DNA of 64,000 bases from Azolla caroliniana (GCA_043228905.1 JBHGNT010000012.1:12586001-12650000); one strand, 5' to 3'. Numbered from the stretch's first letter, positions 1-13,847 are shown. Notes: generated from the sequence alone by a model not told the origin. Numbers and translations are program-made.

Positions 1-548
1 AAAATACTTGTCTTTACCGTTTGTAGGGACAAGTTATCTTCCGTGCAGGAGGTGCTGAGAGTCACCACCAAGTTCTCCCAGCTTTCCGGCAACGTACACA
101 TCAGAATGATGGCTTGCATTGCATCCTCCAACGGGAACTTGATCGCCGCAACCTGATTCACGAATCCCATGAACGTGCTTACGTGTTCCACCATACTCTC
201 GCCGTCCCGGTACTTGAGGTTCACTATCTTCCTCATCAGGGAGGTCCGGTTCAACGCATTCTTCCTCTCGTAGAGGCCCGACAGCTTACGCCACATCTCA
301 TATGCGTTGGTGTCGTTCGCCACATGTTGTAGAACGCTCACGTCGACGTATTGCCGAATGGTTGCAACGGCTTTCCGGTTCAGAAGCCTCCATTCCGTCT
401 CAAGTACCCCCTTCGGTATTTCCGACCTGTCAATCGGTTCGTACAGGTCCCGAACAATCAGAAGATCCTCCATCTTGATCTTCCAGTCGGCGTAGTTCTG
501 CGCATTCAGCACCATCATCCCCGGCTGCCCGCTGCTGCCGCCTTCCAT
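1..548 (-). CDS. gag: Copia gag N-terminus (partial, continues outside window)
   Basis: ATG at 548, MEGGSSGQPGMMVLNAQNYADWKIKMEDLL..., open to the window edge, matches the G polyprotein. Confidence 0.88.
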   Translation of the reverse strand, partial: MEGGSSGQPGMMVLNAQNYADWKIKMEDLLIVRDLYEPIDRSEIPKGVLETEWRLLNRKAVATIRQYVDVSVLQHVANDTNAYEMWRKLSGLYERKNALNRTSLMRKIVNLKYRDGESMVEHVSTFMGFVNQVAAIKFPLEDAMQAIILMCTLPESWENLVVTLSTSCTEDNLSLQTVKTSI

Positions 549-564
549 TTTCTGCACTGTCGTC

Positions 565-576
565 GCTCTGATACCA
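565..576 (-). promoter_or_regulatory. PBS (tRNA-iMet) of A
   Basis: TGGTATCAGAGC on the minus strand, 3 nt from the LTR end. Confidence 0.93.
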
Positions 577-579
577 CTT

Positions 580-1249
580 TGTCGGGAATCAACGCTTCGA
601 TTCACCTTCACCGTTTCGGCCACAACCGAGAGATCGCAAATCAATGCAGCAGAAAATAGGAAACACAGAGAAAGACACGATAACACAGGGATTAACGTGG
701 AAAACCCTAAACGGGAAAAACCACGGGAGTACAAGACTCCAAACCAACACTATACAGAGAAGTATACAATGGCGAGCTGCAAGGCGACGACCTTGAGCTC
801 GCTGTCCTCGCCACAGGCGGCGGTAATACACAGAGGCAACGACCTCCTCGTTTCTCTCTCTCTCTCTCTCTCGGCTGCTCTCACTTCGCTCCCTCTAAGT
901 GGAAAACAGAAAATGAGCAGCAACATAAAATTGTTTGCCCTAAGTCATATTTATACACATATGACTTTCGGGCTATTTACAAATATAGCCTCAAGGGCCC
1001 TTGGCAAACATATTCACAAATATGTCCCCGCATCCGGATCTCTCTCCGGGTACATTCATCATCCGGCTCCGTAGCCGGGGTCTTCGTCATCCGGCTCCGT
1101 AACCGGGGTCTTCGTCATCCGGCTCCGTAGCCGGGTCTTCATCATCCGGCTCCGTAGCCGGGTCTTCGTCATCCGGCTCCGGAACCGCAACCGGGCTTGC
1201 CGTCATTCATCTCCGGACATCCCATCCGAAGGGACCGTAAATCCCAACA
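580..1249 (-). repeat. 5' LTR of A
   Basis: TGTTGGGA...CCCGACA termini; homologous to 14551-15164 and 19279-19892. Confidence 0.93.
1055..1190. repeat. 27-28 bp tandem repeat in U3 (4 full units + 1 partial)
   Basis: Units TTCRTCATCCGGCTCCGTARCCGGG(G)TC. Confidence 0.9.
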
Positions 1250-2361
1250 CTTCCGCAGGCGTTCCGTATTTGTCGCGTTTGCTTTTTCCACCCACGCTTG
1301 GGCTTGTCGGCGTACCTCATCTTGCGCAGCCCAATCAGTCGTTTTTGTTTGCTGGCGTGTCGTGACTTGCTGCACTTCCGTCGTAATCGTATTGATAGTG
1401 GGCCCCTTTCCCTTGCGTGCTGGGCATTGCGTGGCATAATGTCCGGGTTGCTGACAAATAAAACAATGGATGCTTGATTCACCCTTCTCAGCTCCTGGTG
1501 GTGTGTGCCGCTCCCCTGGTGCTACTTGCTCCTCACGGTCCGACCTCGTTTGTCGGAATGTACGCGGTGGCTACTATTGGTCCCGTCGTTGTTCTTGGTG
1601 CTGCTCATTCCCCGAGCTTTCGTCGTAAGGCCAATGATCTCGATATTGTCGTGGCTTACCACGATAACCATTGAAGCCGCCCCGTTTGTTTGTCGGCTGG
1701 TGATTCTCGTAGCGCCGACCCCCTTCGGCGTAACTCGGATGTCCACGATAATCCTCTTCCTCTAGTTCGTCCTCTTCGGAATCGTTGTGATTTCGGCGAT
1801 TCCGGTGGTGCCGGTCCTCCCGTGGGTTGCGATCCTTATACCGTGGTCGGTCTTCTTGCCTCCTTTGTTCAGTCTGGTGTGGTTGACGCTGTATGTCCAT
1901 GCTGCGGACTGCGGGAATGGCTCTGTTTAACATATTGTATTCGCATTGGTCGACTGTGTGAGCCTTCGAGTGGCAGATTGGGCAGTGGATTCGCATATTG
2001 CACTCCACTGCGGAATGCCCCGAGGTCAAGCAAATCGTGCACTGGATTGCTTGACGAAACTGGCGTTCCTCATCCTGAGGTAATGCTTGTCATAAGGAGG
2101 ACATAGAAAACCTTTCCTCCTCGTCATCCAACTCGAGTTGTAACGCTCATTCAATTACCATATCCGTCATTTCACCTTTCACGCTATTGTTGTTGAGCGT
2201 TGCCCGGGTGGGCCGGCGGAAAGCTGCCAGAACTGTTTCCCGAGCCTCGTCCTCCGCGGGGCTCCGTTCTAGTTTCCGTCGTAAATTTTGGAAACGTAAG
2301 CTGAAGTCCGCTATCGTCTCAGACGGCAGTTGCTTAATCATATAAAATTGTCTGACGATTT
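1250..2361 (-). pseudogene. Gypsy gag remnant, element K (related to J family)
   Basis: Gag-like ETIADFSLRFQNLRRKL, zinc knuckle CPICHSKAHTVDQC; broken across ORFs 2147-2392, 1574-2029 and 1169-1375. Confidence 0.75.
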
Positions 2362-2781
2362 TGTTGTTCTTTGACCGGACAAGGCCTAACACAAGGTGTC
2401 ACAGAGACACTTCACCAAAGGGTGATTACGGCATAGGATTATGACTCAACGATTACACCGACTTAAGTAGGTTACACGATTAGAGCGCTTTTGTTAATTA
2501 CACGCGTAAGATATAACAGTAATTACAGAACGGAAATCAACACAGAAGTATAAACACCATACGCTCTATTAATTATCCACGTCCGATTACAATGGGGTCC
2601 GGGCCTTTAAATAGGTTTCCGGTCCGTAGTACAAAACGGTGCCTATCGCACCTATTCGGGATCCGTCCGGATCTAGAACGGCATACCGTTTCCAGTCCGT
2701 CCGTCCATACTATGCTTATTTACAACCATATTTAATTAATTCCTTCACTCCGTATTTTGGACTTCTTGCCGGCCGGTAACA
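2362..2781 (-). repeat. LTR of K, homologous to the J LTR
   Basis: TGTTACCGGCCGG...AACAACA; its 3' ~70 nt align with 36861-36924; joined directly to mid-gag (PBS deleted). Confidence 0.75.
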
Positions 2782-4527
2782 GACATCACTTATCTTACCA
2801 GTGATCATGTAAGGGTCAAAACGTTGGTAATCCAATTTACTACAAGGTCGAGTGGTCGTGATGTCGTGTTGGAGAAGCCATACATGATCCCTAACGCAGA
2901 ACTTCTTTGAGGAGTCTAGGCGATCACGATCCGCAAGACTCTTGTGTGTAACTTGAGCATCATGCAAATTGTGGAGAATGGTACCATGAATTTCTTGGAG
3001 GTGACTAAGACGATCCTCAGCAGCAGGGTTGGTAGGAACGTGTGGATGCACATTCATCGTCCACCAAGGAGGACAACCCATATTTGCGAAAAATGGGGAA
3101 TATCCTATAGAAGAATAGGCTGAGTTGTTGTAAGAGAATTCAGCCAAGTGCAAAAAATCAACCCAATCATCTTGTTGATAGTTGATGAAACAACGAAGAT
3201 ATTGCTCCAAAGTCTTGTTGATACCCTCAGTTTGGCCATTAGTCTCTGGATGATAGCCCGAAGAAAGCTTAACCGAAATGTGGAGAAGTTTGAACACGTG
3301 CTTCCAAAACTTTGAGATGAATTGTGGACCACGATCACTAATAATATCATCCGGCAGACCATAATGCCTAAATACCTCCCGCATAACGAGATTGACCACC
3401 TCTTGACTAGTAATAGACTTCGTACATGGCAAGAAGTGTGCCATTTTGGTAAGTCGATCCACCGCGGTGAGAATTGCATCAAAACCTTTTGAAACTAGGA
3501 GATCAATAATGAAATCCAAGGATATAGACTTCCAAGGATTTTCCGGAATGGGAAGTGGATGTAGTAAGCCATAGGATCAGTGTCGAGGACGCTTTGATCG
3601 ACAACATATATCATTGATGCGAACATACTCCTCAACAAAATGACAAAGGCGGGGCCACCAATAGTGTCAAGAAATTAATTCTAGAGTTTTGCGAACTCCA
3701 AAATGACTAGCCATTGGTGAGTCATGGCAATGTTGTAAAACTTGTAGTCATGGGGGACCATCAGGAACATACAATAGGTTTTGCCGAAACACAAAACCAT
3801 GCCGATAGAACTGACGATAGTCATTACGAGAGTTTTTTAGTTGTGAGCAAGAAGCACGATCCGGAACGATATGATCCAAAACATCCTTGGCGAATTCATC
3901 AGTGGCCATATGATCTCGAATGGAATCAAGAACAGTGGAACCTACAAGCGTTGTTATGGCATTAACTACCATTAATCGTAGGCGATTAGGACCCAAAAGG
4001 ATTTATTTTTTATGCTCGAATGCAGGTTCCCCTGGACGAAGTTCCATATAAAAGCGCCGAGAAAGAGCATCTACTTTGCCTTGCTGCATCCTAGGGCGAT
4101 ATATGATGACAACGTCGAAGTGAGTCAAAAATTGCGCCCATCAGGCTTGTAGCCGACTCAAAACTTGAGCATTTTGAAAATATGTCAAGTTGTTTTGATC
4201 GTTGTAAACAATGCTCTATTGAGAAGAACCTTCTAGAAAATGTCACCATTGTTGAAAAGAATCCACAATTGCAAGAAGTTCTTTGTCATGGATCTCGTAG
4301 TTGATCTCTGCAGCTTCAAACTTTCGGGAATGAAAGGCGACAGGATGTAGCTATCCATCATCTCCAGTCTGCGATAGGACACTCCCTAGTGCAAAATCGG
4401 ATGCATCGGCTTCAAGGATGAAGAATTTTGTTGGGTCAACATGTGCTAAGATAGGTGCCATAGTAAACGCTCGTTTTAAGCTTTTGAATGCCTCGGCTGC
4501 ATCTGAACTCTATATAAATGGTTGATT
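2782..4527 (-). pseudogene. Tcn1-like chromoviral pol fragment (RNase H-integrase)
   Basis: ADASDFALG RNase H motif, integrase ISDRGPQF and YHPETNGQTE; stops and frameshifts; paralogous to D. Confidence 0.85.
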
Positions 4528-4820
4528 ACATGTTTAGACTTTAGGTCTAAGTGCACTTCGGGGTCCTCGTAATAGGACTTAAAGAGCCAAAATCACAAAC
4601 ATGGGCACAAAAATATAGTTTATTGTTAACATTTTTTTCGTGTATAAACTATTCATGACGCAAACATACATGGTTGAGCCTCGGGGAGCCCGCCTAGAGG
4701 GGTATTGACTTGAAATCATGATATCGATTACTTTTGGCCCATGATATGTTTACATCACGACATGATGTTATAACTATTTTTCTGACCTTATCCTATTTCT
4801 TTGCCAGAAATAATCATTCA

Positions 4821-7800
4821 ATGGCTCAGAATAACGACCCGATGTCATCCACTCAAGCGGAAGGAACTCAAGGAAATCCTCCTGGACAAACGTCCATTGA
4901 GTCGTATTTTTTACAAATACACCATTTCCTTAGTTCAACCGCGCATCAGATGACCGAACTTCGGCAATCTCAAAGTGCTCTCGAGGCACGTGTCATTAGT
5001 TTAAAACGTGAGACTAATAGACCTGATGAGCGACAAGGTGAACCATCGTTTGTCATTAAGCCATTTACGAGAGAAAAAAAGGAAAGAACCCAAGAAGCAA
5101 TCTGCACGTGGTTGGGCCGATGGGAGTCTCATTTTGAGCTCTATGCCACGCCAGATAGTACGAAGATTGCATATGTCAGCCGAGAACTAGGGGTTAAGGT
5201 TGCCGCCTGGTGGTGTGGGTTCCGAACTTTGGGGAAATTGCCCGATACCCGGACAGATTTTGTCACAGTTTTCAATGGCCAATTTCTGCAACCTCCCTCT
5301 CGAACTGAGGCAGCACAAGCTTTAATGAACCTCTCTAGCAAGAAGTTTTCCTCGCTAGAAGATTATGTTCACCGTGCTAGAACCCAAATCCAAAAGTCAG
5401 GTCTAGAAGGGGACAATTGGTTACTAACTTGTTTTGTCAATGACATCCCCAATTTGGACTATCACTGGATAGTGCACGATAAGGATCCAAAATCCTTTGA
5501 AGAGGCCGTTGAAATAGTTCTTCGTTATCAACGCACTTCGAAGAAAGACCATAACAAACCCAACGAAGCGCCCGGGACTAATCAGTCGCAATTCGCTGGG
5601 AAACGCCAGACACCCAATGAATTCATGGATCGTGATTGTCAGCGACAACATCCTTTTTGCGTATTCTACAAAAAGAAGGGTCATACAAAAGAACAATGTC
5701 GAAAGCTCCAACGGAAAGAGCATGACAGCAAAGCTAAAGCTGCAGACCATAAAGGTCTGATTCCTAATGTCCTTCAAGTCTATACACATCATTTACGTAA
5801 TTGTCAATGTTCTTTCCCTCACTATGTATTGGGTCCCAATGATTTACTATGTGCAAACGGGTATATCAATGGATCTCCCGTACAATTTTTGTTCGATTCG
5901 GGAAGCTCACACAATTTTTTGAATAATCATTTAGTTCAGATATGGGGAATCCAACCCACCGTAAGTGATCACACCTATAGGGTGCACTTGGCTGATGGAA
6001 GAGTACAATACATCATTAGGAATTTCTGTTGATCCTTATATAGAGGAAGTGGCCTTCTATGTAATGAATGTTTGTACCACTGGTGTAATATTGGGTTATC
6101 GCTGGTTTTTTAATAAAAACTCTTCTTTATCTATTGATTGGGTTCATCATTCAATTACTTTTGTACTCAACGATTGTACTCATTTTATTCAATGTGTTAA
6201 AAAACAATCTCTTTCGATTGTTTCCTCGCCATCAATATCTGAGTTGTCTTCTTCTACTTTATTTTACTGTGTACTTGATTCGGACATTCACGTTTACAAT
6301 ATTGATAATGTCTCGATTCAACAATCATATTTTGAACAACAACAACTTGATGAAATCTTAAATGATTTTCGTGATGTTTTTCCGAGTGAACTACCACATG
6401 GGTTACCTCCTAAACATAATATAGACCATCGTATAGATATTGTACCTAGCGTTGCACCAATAAGTATACCTCCTTATAGCTTAAGTCGATCCAAAGAGGA
6501 TGAGGTATCTAAGCAACTCAAGGACTATTTACGAATCGGTTATATACGTTATAGTAAATCTCCACGGGGTGAATCTGTTCTCTCGGTAAAAAAGAAAGAG
6601 GGCACATGGCGTATGTATATTAATTACCGATGCTTGAATAAAGTGACGATCAAGAATTCATATCCATTGCCTCGGGCTAACGATCTAATTGACCGTTTCT
6701 AGGGAGCACGGTATTTTAGGAAAGTTGATCCAAGTACGGGCTCCCATCAAATTCGTATAAGTGAGTACGATGTTCCTAAAACGGTATTTCATACGCGTTA
6801 TCACCATTATGAGTTTTTGGTTATACTTTTTGGTTTGACCAATGCTCCGCCCACATTTCAACAAGAAATGAATGACATTTTCCGAGAACTTCGAAAATTC
6901 GTCGTTATTTTCTTGGATGATATTTTAGTTTATAGCTGAACATTAGAAGAACATGCGAAACATGTCTGTTTTGGTTTACAAATATTGCGTGACAAACTGT
7001 TTTACGCAAAGATCTCAAAATGCGAGTTCTTCAAGAAATCAATTACTTGTCTTCGACATCTGATAACCGAACGAGGAGTTGTAATTAATCCTTCTCACAT
7101 CGAGAAAATCAAACTTTGGCCCACTCTTTGTAATATGGGTTGTGGTTGATAGACTAACTAAAATGACTAGATTTATTGCTACTAAAACCACGGTAACAAC
7201 CCCTATATTGGCTTACCAATTCGTCCATGAGTAATTTCGTTTTTATGGGCTATTGATGGATATTGTGATTGATCGAGATCCAAAGTTTACTAGTGACTTC
7301 TGGACGCAAGTCTTTAATAAGTTAGAAACTACATTGAGCATGAGCTCCACGGATCATCCTCAATCTCATGGACAAACAAAACGAGTAAATCATATTATTG
7401 AGGACATGCTTCGAGCATACGTTGGTGCAAAACCAACAAAATGGGAACATTATCTCCCAATTTTGGAGTTTGCTTATAACAACTCCAAGCATACGTTGAC
7501 GGGATATAGTCCTTTCATGTTGATGTATGGTTTTCAGCCACGAGCCCCTAGTGATGCTACTATACATCATGATGAGTTGCTAGGTACGCAAAACTTTCTT
7601 CGGGATATGCAAGCTATATTGCATATTGCACGATATAATATAAAAACAGCTCAAGATAGAGCGTGTTTTTACGTCGATCATAATAGGCAGCCTCGTGTAT
7701 TCAACCCTGGACAGAAGGTATTTTTACGTGTCCCTCACAATTCTAAGACATTGTCTACAAGTAAGTGCGCTAAGTTAGCCCCACGGTTTTGTGGACCTTT

Positions 7801-8140
7801 TCAAGTCCTCAAACACATTGGTTCATCAACCTATCATCTCGCTCTTCCCGATGGCGTTGAAATTCATCTAGTTTTTCATGTAAGTCGTTTAAAAGAACTT
7901 CTAGGTTCTGGCAACAATACAATGACAACTGAAACTCTGGTTAATTCTAAAGAATTATCTCCTAAACCACATGTACCAGAATGAATTCTCCATGTTAGAA
8001 CAAAAAATCTACGTACTAAAATAATCCAAGAATTTAAAATTAAATGGATGGATAAATCTATCAAAGATGCCACATGGGAACGCGAAAATACTCTTAGAAC
8101 TAACTTCCCTAACTTTCCATTGCAAGAGTGCAATGTTTTA
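4821..8140 (+). pseudogene. Degenerate gag-pol with C-terminal chromodomain (F2)
   Basis: ORFs 4734-6032, 5965-6702 and 7253-7984, plus IKWMDKSIKDATWE chromodomain; frameshifts and stops. Confidence 0.85.
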
Positions 8141-8155
8141 ATGAGGGGGGGAGTA

Positions 8156-8610
8156 TGTTACGAGCATGACCATATAATATCCCGTGGTGAGAATTTACCG
8201 TAGTATTCTATACACATGGATAAGTGTGAGGGTTAAACGAGAGTGTAAAGAAGGGGAGGATTACTTTTAATCCTCAGGATTGAGACAACCCATTAGGCCA
8301 AGTGTGAACTTTCCTGGGGACCTTGGGTATCGCTATAAATAAGAGGCCTAGCTACCCTCATTTCATAATCTTTTGACTACGTCAAGACTTTGTTCTTGTG
8401 GTGGGTCAACTCTTGTGGCGAGCGCACCGGCACCAAGTATGACTGGACGCCATGACGGTGGTATGGGACACCGATCGAGGCTCGAGTCCGTCTCGATCCC
8501 TTCTCTCGGGGGTGGTGGGATGGATCGGCATCCTTCTTTCTCTCTCTCCTTTCTTATTTCATATATATTATATGTTGATTATATGCTTAGATTAGATCAT
8601 ACCTCTAACC
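8156..8610 (+). repeat. LTR of F2, followed by PBS 8613-8624
   Basis: Homologous to 11826-12282 and 21020-21476; TGGTATCGGAGC follows. Confidence 0.9.
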
Positions 8611-8723
8611 GTTGGTATCGGAGCTTATGTTTCTAATGTTTCTTTTGTTGGTTTTTGTTGTCTTCTTGATGGATGGTGATCGATCGACGTGCGGTCGATC
8701 TTGATCGAGATAGCAATCAATAG

Positions 8724-8993
8724 ATAAGAGGCCTAGCTACCCTCATTTCATCATCTTTTGACTACGTCAAGACTCTGACATTGTAGTGGGTCAACTCTTG
8801 TAGAGAGCACGCCAGCACCAGGTACAACTCGACGCCACGGCGGTGGTATGGGACGCCGATCGAGGGTCAAGTCCGTCTCGATCTATTCGCTCAGGGGTGG
8901 TCGGGTGGATCGACACCCTTCTTTCTCTCTCTCCTTTCTATCTATCTATCTTTTATCCTTATCATATGCTTACATTAGATGATAACTCTAACA
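8724..8993 (+). repeat. Partial second F-family LTR
   Basis: Repeats 8339-8610 and ends CTCTAACA. Confidence 0.85.
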
Positions 8994-10364
8994 GGATCCT
9001 ACTTTGCTCTCTTGTCATTCGCAACATGCATGTATGCAAGCTAGTCGAACACCTTCAGATGCCGGTAAGACACGTCTTTACCGGTCCATACTCTTTGTGG
9101 TGTGTCTCCGTCCAAGGGTGTTGAGGGTGATCTATTAATCACTTACGTTGCCATCATCAGCGCCTCAGCCCAAAACGTCTTCGACAGTTTAGCGTTGACC
9201 AGCATGCTTCGGAATCTCTCCATTACAGTCTGGTTCATCCTTTTGGCCAATCTATTTAGCTCCGGTGTCTTCAACACGGTGAATTCGAGCCTGATTCCCT
9301 TCGACCAGCAGTACTCCTCGAACTGCCCCCGGTATTCTCCTTTGTTGTCCACTCGAACCACCTTCAACTTCTGGGCGGTTTCTCTTTCCACTCTCGTGTG
9401 GATGTCATTGAAGATGGATAATACCTGCTCCTTCGTCTTCAACGGTGAGACCCACAGCTTCCGGCTATGGTCGTCTATGAACATCACAAAGTCCTACGAT
9501 CCGGCATGTGACTTCGTGTCCACTTGGCATACATCGATATGCACAAGTTCCAACGGTGCATTCCGTCTCAGCGGTGGTTTGCACTTCTCAAGTTGCACGT
9601 CCTTCACCTCCGGAATGAGGTTATCTTCGGCAAGTCTTCTCATCCCTTTCTAGCTCATGTGCACAATCTCTTATGCCACAGCTCACCAGCATTTTCAAAT
9701 GTCACGTTCACTTCCCCCCGGCAAATCCAGGAATGTATCAAGTACAGTGTGTTGATCTTCCAGGCTCGAGCCACAATCAGGCTTCCTTTGCCAAACTTCA
9801 TGACTCCGTTAATTGGAGTCGGTGAGCTTGAACATGCTTCCGAATGACTCTTCCATTTGTTGTTCACTCTGATACCAGATTGTGCGGAAATAGCACTCGA
9901 CCAGAACCGAGTCTGAAACACTCAATGGAAGAAACAAAAAATCAGAAATGAGAGGACACAAGATGTTAACGTGGAAAATCCTAACAGGGAAAACCATGGC
10001 AGCCCATAGATGCCAACTATCTCTATGAGAAGAGGATACAATGCGAGACTCAGAAACAACAACCTCAAGCTCTATGTCTTCGCCAACCGGCAGTTACAAT
10101 AGAAAAGCTTTCTGTATCTCACGCTCTCTCTATGTCTATACAACAATATCTCTATACACATCATTATCATAAGTGATCGCCCTAAGTCATATTTATACTT
10201 ATATGACTTTCAGACTATTTACAAATATGGCCATGACACACTAGGAACATATTTACATCCGGTTCACACCGTATCCATCCGATCCGGTTCCCTCCTTCGG
10301 CTTGTCCGATCCGGCTCCTTCAGTTCTCATCCGGAACCCATCTGGAGGGACCAAATTCCCAAAA
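8994..10364 (-). mobile_element. Copia H (Tork-like), internally deleted and truncated
   Basis: LTR 9881-10364, PBS 9866-9877, gag start MEESFGSMFKLTDSN fused at ~9810 to GVMKFGKGSLIVARA, then an integrase remnant. Confidence 0.85.
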
Positions 10365-10380
10365 CTTACTAATAGGGTAG

Positions 10381-10839
10381 TGTTGAGAATCAAGCTCAAC
10401 CTAGCCTTGTGTGTGAACACACCCTTTGAGAATTTATGAGCACTCAAAGGTCAAAAGTCACACCACTACTCTCTACACATTAACTATGTGTCATAGAATC
10501 ATATTCTATGACACATAACGAATAAATTTCATATTTCCCATGACTAATGAGTCTCCACATTCCCCAAGAGAGAGTGGTTGTTTTAGTGAGTTAATGAAGA
10601 GGGAGGGTGACCTTATATAAAGCACCCTCCGCCTACTTCATAGAGGGTCGTTTGTCCTCCCTTGTAATGCAACATTTTTGTATCTCATACTCCTTGTTAA
10701 TATACATTTTCTTCTTAAGTATTCTATTTTTCCATTCTCATCTAACTTGTGTTTTTTTCCTCTCCTCTCTCCTACACAAATAGACACACAAATAACACAC
10801 ATCTCTTCCGCTGCATAGAATCACATCCAATTCATTACA
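10381..10839 (+). repeat. 5' LTR of E
   Basis: Aligns along its length with 59446-59905; followed by TGGTATCAAAGC. Confidence 0.92.
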
Positions 10840-11008
10840 TGGTATCAAAGCGATTTGGTAGCTCGATCTAGCCCATTTGCATTTGTCGTGGTATACGCCG
10901 ATGTTCAAGAAGAACCTGCTCATCGCTATCGTAGTGTGACTGGATAGCTCCTGTTCGAGAGAGAAGGAAAAGAAGAAAGAAATTTTCATCGACATAATGA
11001 ATACTCAA

Positions 11009-11825
11009 ATGGGGAGCGCTCTCCCTAGCGAAAACTTGGACAAAAACAACTTTGCATCTTGGGAGTACAAGATGCACCAATACCTTGTTGACCAAGGCTA
11101 TTGGAGCTACATCAAAGGAGCACAAGAAAATTGACTCGACCCAATGCCTCCCGAATACTCAAGATGGAAGCAAGCCGCAAGCCGCAAGCCGAGTGATTTA
11201 TTGCTTGGTGACATGTGTTCATGACCACATGCTTGGCTACATTCGAGAAGCCAAGATGCCAAAGGACTCTTAGGAGAATCTCAAGAAGATATTCGCCGCC
11301 AATACGATGACACGAAAGCTTCAACTCCACCAAGAGTTGAACAACATCCAACAACGGGACATGTCCATCACGAGCTACACCTTGAATATCAAGGACCTTT
11401 GTGACTCGCTCGGCTCAATAAGCGTCAAAGTGGAGGATGATGAGATGGTGCCAATATGCTTCGGCGGCCTTGCACCATGGTTTGGCGTAATGAGAACCGT
11501 TGTTCTAGCAGGGGAGAATCCTCCCTCTTTCTTCGATCTTCAATCGATGTTATTGGTTGAAGAAAACCATCTTTGAAGCAAGAGCAACACATCAGAAGGT
11601 CAAATCCTCTACACACATTCGGACAGAGCAAGAGGACGCGACCGAGCAAGAAGAGGCCTATTTGGCCAAGGACGAGGTGGACGAGGTCCAACTCACGAAA
11701 ACAACTCCCAATTTCGGCAACAAGATAGAAGTCATCGAGGAAACTTCGGATGAAGGGGGAGCCACCATGCCGGTCCAAGCCAACAAAACTCAATTGAATG
11801 CGGATACTACGGCAAAATCGGCCAC
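11009..11825 (+). pseudogene. E gag (segment 1)
   Basis: MGSALPSENLDKNNFASWEYKMHQY...; zinc knuckle split by F (KIGH|HEEEC). Confidence 0.85.
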
Positions 11826-12282
11826 TGTTACAGGCATGACCATATAATATCCTGTGGTGAGAATTTACCATAGTATTCTATACACATGGATAAGTGTGAG
11901 GCTTAAACGAGAGTGTAAAGAAGGGGAGGATTACTTTTAAATCCTCGGGATTAAGACAACCCATTAGGCCAAGTGTGAACATGGCTAGGGGCCTTGGGTA
12001 TCGCTATAAATACGAGGCCTAGCTACCCTCATTTGATTATCTTGTTGACTACGTCGAGACTGTGTCTTGTGGTGGATCAACTCTTGTAGCGAGCACGCCA
12101 GCACCAGGTACGACTCGATGCCACAGCGGTGGTATGGGACGCCGATCGAGGCTCGAGTCCATCTCGATCCCTTCACTCGGGGGTGGTCGGGTGGATTGGC
12201 ACCCTTCTTTCTCTCTCTCCTTTCTTTCTATCTACCTAGATCTATCTTTATTTAATGCTTACTTTAGTACATGTCTCTAATA
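11826..12282 (+). repeat. 5' LTR of F
   Basis: Pairs with 21020-21476. Confidence 0.92.
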
Positions 12283-13847
12283 TTTGGCATCTGAGCCTAT
12301 GTGCTAATGTTTCTTTTGTTGGTCTTATCTTCTCAATGGATGGCGATCGATCGTTGTGCGGTTGGCCTTCATGCAGACAAGGATCAACAAGGAACTTCGG
12401 TAATCTTTCTTGTTATTTTTTGTCTATTTTTTCTTCTCCCATCTAATCATGTTTATGGTTAATATGTAGATTATTTTCATTAATTAAATGATGTTGTAGT
12501 GGTATTTAATTGGTTATCTAATACGCTTACATATGTGCAGGAGGTCAATACCTCGTTTGACATATAAATAATATGTGATGAGTGCCATATACGTACGAGG
12601 TTAATACCTCAATTACATATTACGTTGACGAACATATGTTACGTTTGTGTATGAGGTCAACATCTCGATTACATCATTTTTTGCTATTAAATATAACGAT
12701 TTCTTTAGTATAGGCATATGTGGTCACATGTATAGGTAGTTGATCGTATATATGTGATAATATACATATGTGTATATAAGTTATTACGTGATTTTAAATC
12801 GAATGTTTTCCTTTTCGGGGAAAGATTCTTGGTAGCCGTCCTCACATTTTTGTGAGAATCATGTTGTCACCATCCCTTTTTTCAACAATTTTTTATTGTT
12901 GAAATCCCCGTTGGTGACTTCGATATTTCGTTACGTAAAGAAACGCCAATAGCCATAATGATGTCGAGTACGTAGGGTTTGACCCACTTCATGTAAGGTC
13001 TCTATTATGACACACGTATTGAACATCCCTCCCTCATTACATGGATATGATGCTACCATGAGATCATTCTTACGAGAGGCATTCGTAATGACGTGACCAT
13101 GTGATGAGCCACGTGGGCCTACTACGAAAAGAGGGCTCATTTGGCTTGACCATTAGGTTTCACTTTGGCATATGCCATCGTAATCACGAGACTTGAGGTT
13201 AGGTAACGTACCAACATAGTTGTAGTAAATGAGGGCGAAATAAGGACTCTTGACATATATGTTTCTTTTAAAAAAACATATATGGGCAAATGCCTCGCAT
13301 ATCTCTTATACGCATGAAACATAAAATATTCAAGAAGAGGAACCTACTTGGTTGGCTCAAGTGTTTAATGCATATGTTCTAGAGGTCTCGAGTTCAAATA
13401 TGACCAAGACCATACAAGATCGTTGATACATATGACTATAACACATGTTTAGACTTGAGGTCTAAGTGCACTTCGGGGTCCTCGTAATAGGACTTAAAGA
13501 GCTGAAACCACATATGTGGGCACTGAAATATAGTTTATTGTTAACATTTTTTTCGTGTATAAACTATTCATGACGCGAACATACATGGTTGACCCTCGGG
13601 GAGCCACCATAAAAAAATCGATATAGAGATCAGAGAAAGACATTTATTTGTCACCTCCATGGTTTTTAAAACACCTTTGTGTTACCATAGTAACCTGATC
13701 TTGAACCTCATCTCATACGTCTAGAGGCATATTGACGTGAGATAATGATATCGATTAATGCTTGCCCATGATAGGTTTACCTCTCGACATGATGTTATGA
13801 CTATCTCTCTAACCTTATCCTATTTCTTTTCCAGAAATAATCATTTA

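Larger units (their letters stand above)
1..1249 (-). mobile_element. Ty1/Copia element A (Tork/Tnt1-like), 5' end only; sister of element G
   Basis: LTR 580-1249 (TG..CA), iMet PBS, and a gag start nearly identical to 18702-19248; runs off the left edge of the window. Confidence 0.93.
4528..8993 (+). mobile_element. Chromoviral Gypsy F2, 5'-truncated (same family as F)
   Basis: UTR matches 13443 onward; gag, PR (FDSGSSHNF), RT (FLDD), deleted RH, INT, chromodomain; PPT 8143-8153; LTR 8156-8610. Confidence 0.88.

Noticed and set aside
1250-1254. Shared target preference of A (CTTCC) and G (CTTCG)
   Set aside because: Two sites only, and the other end of A is outside the window
13348-13408. 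A/B-box-like SINE in the F leader
   Set aside because: Weak boxes, short spacing, no tail or TSD
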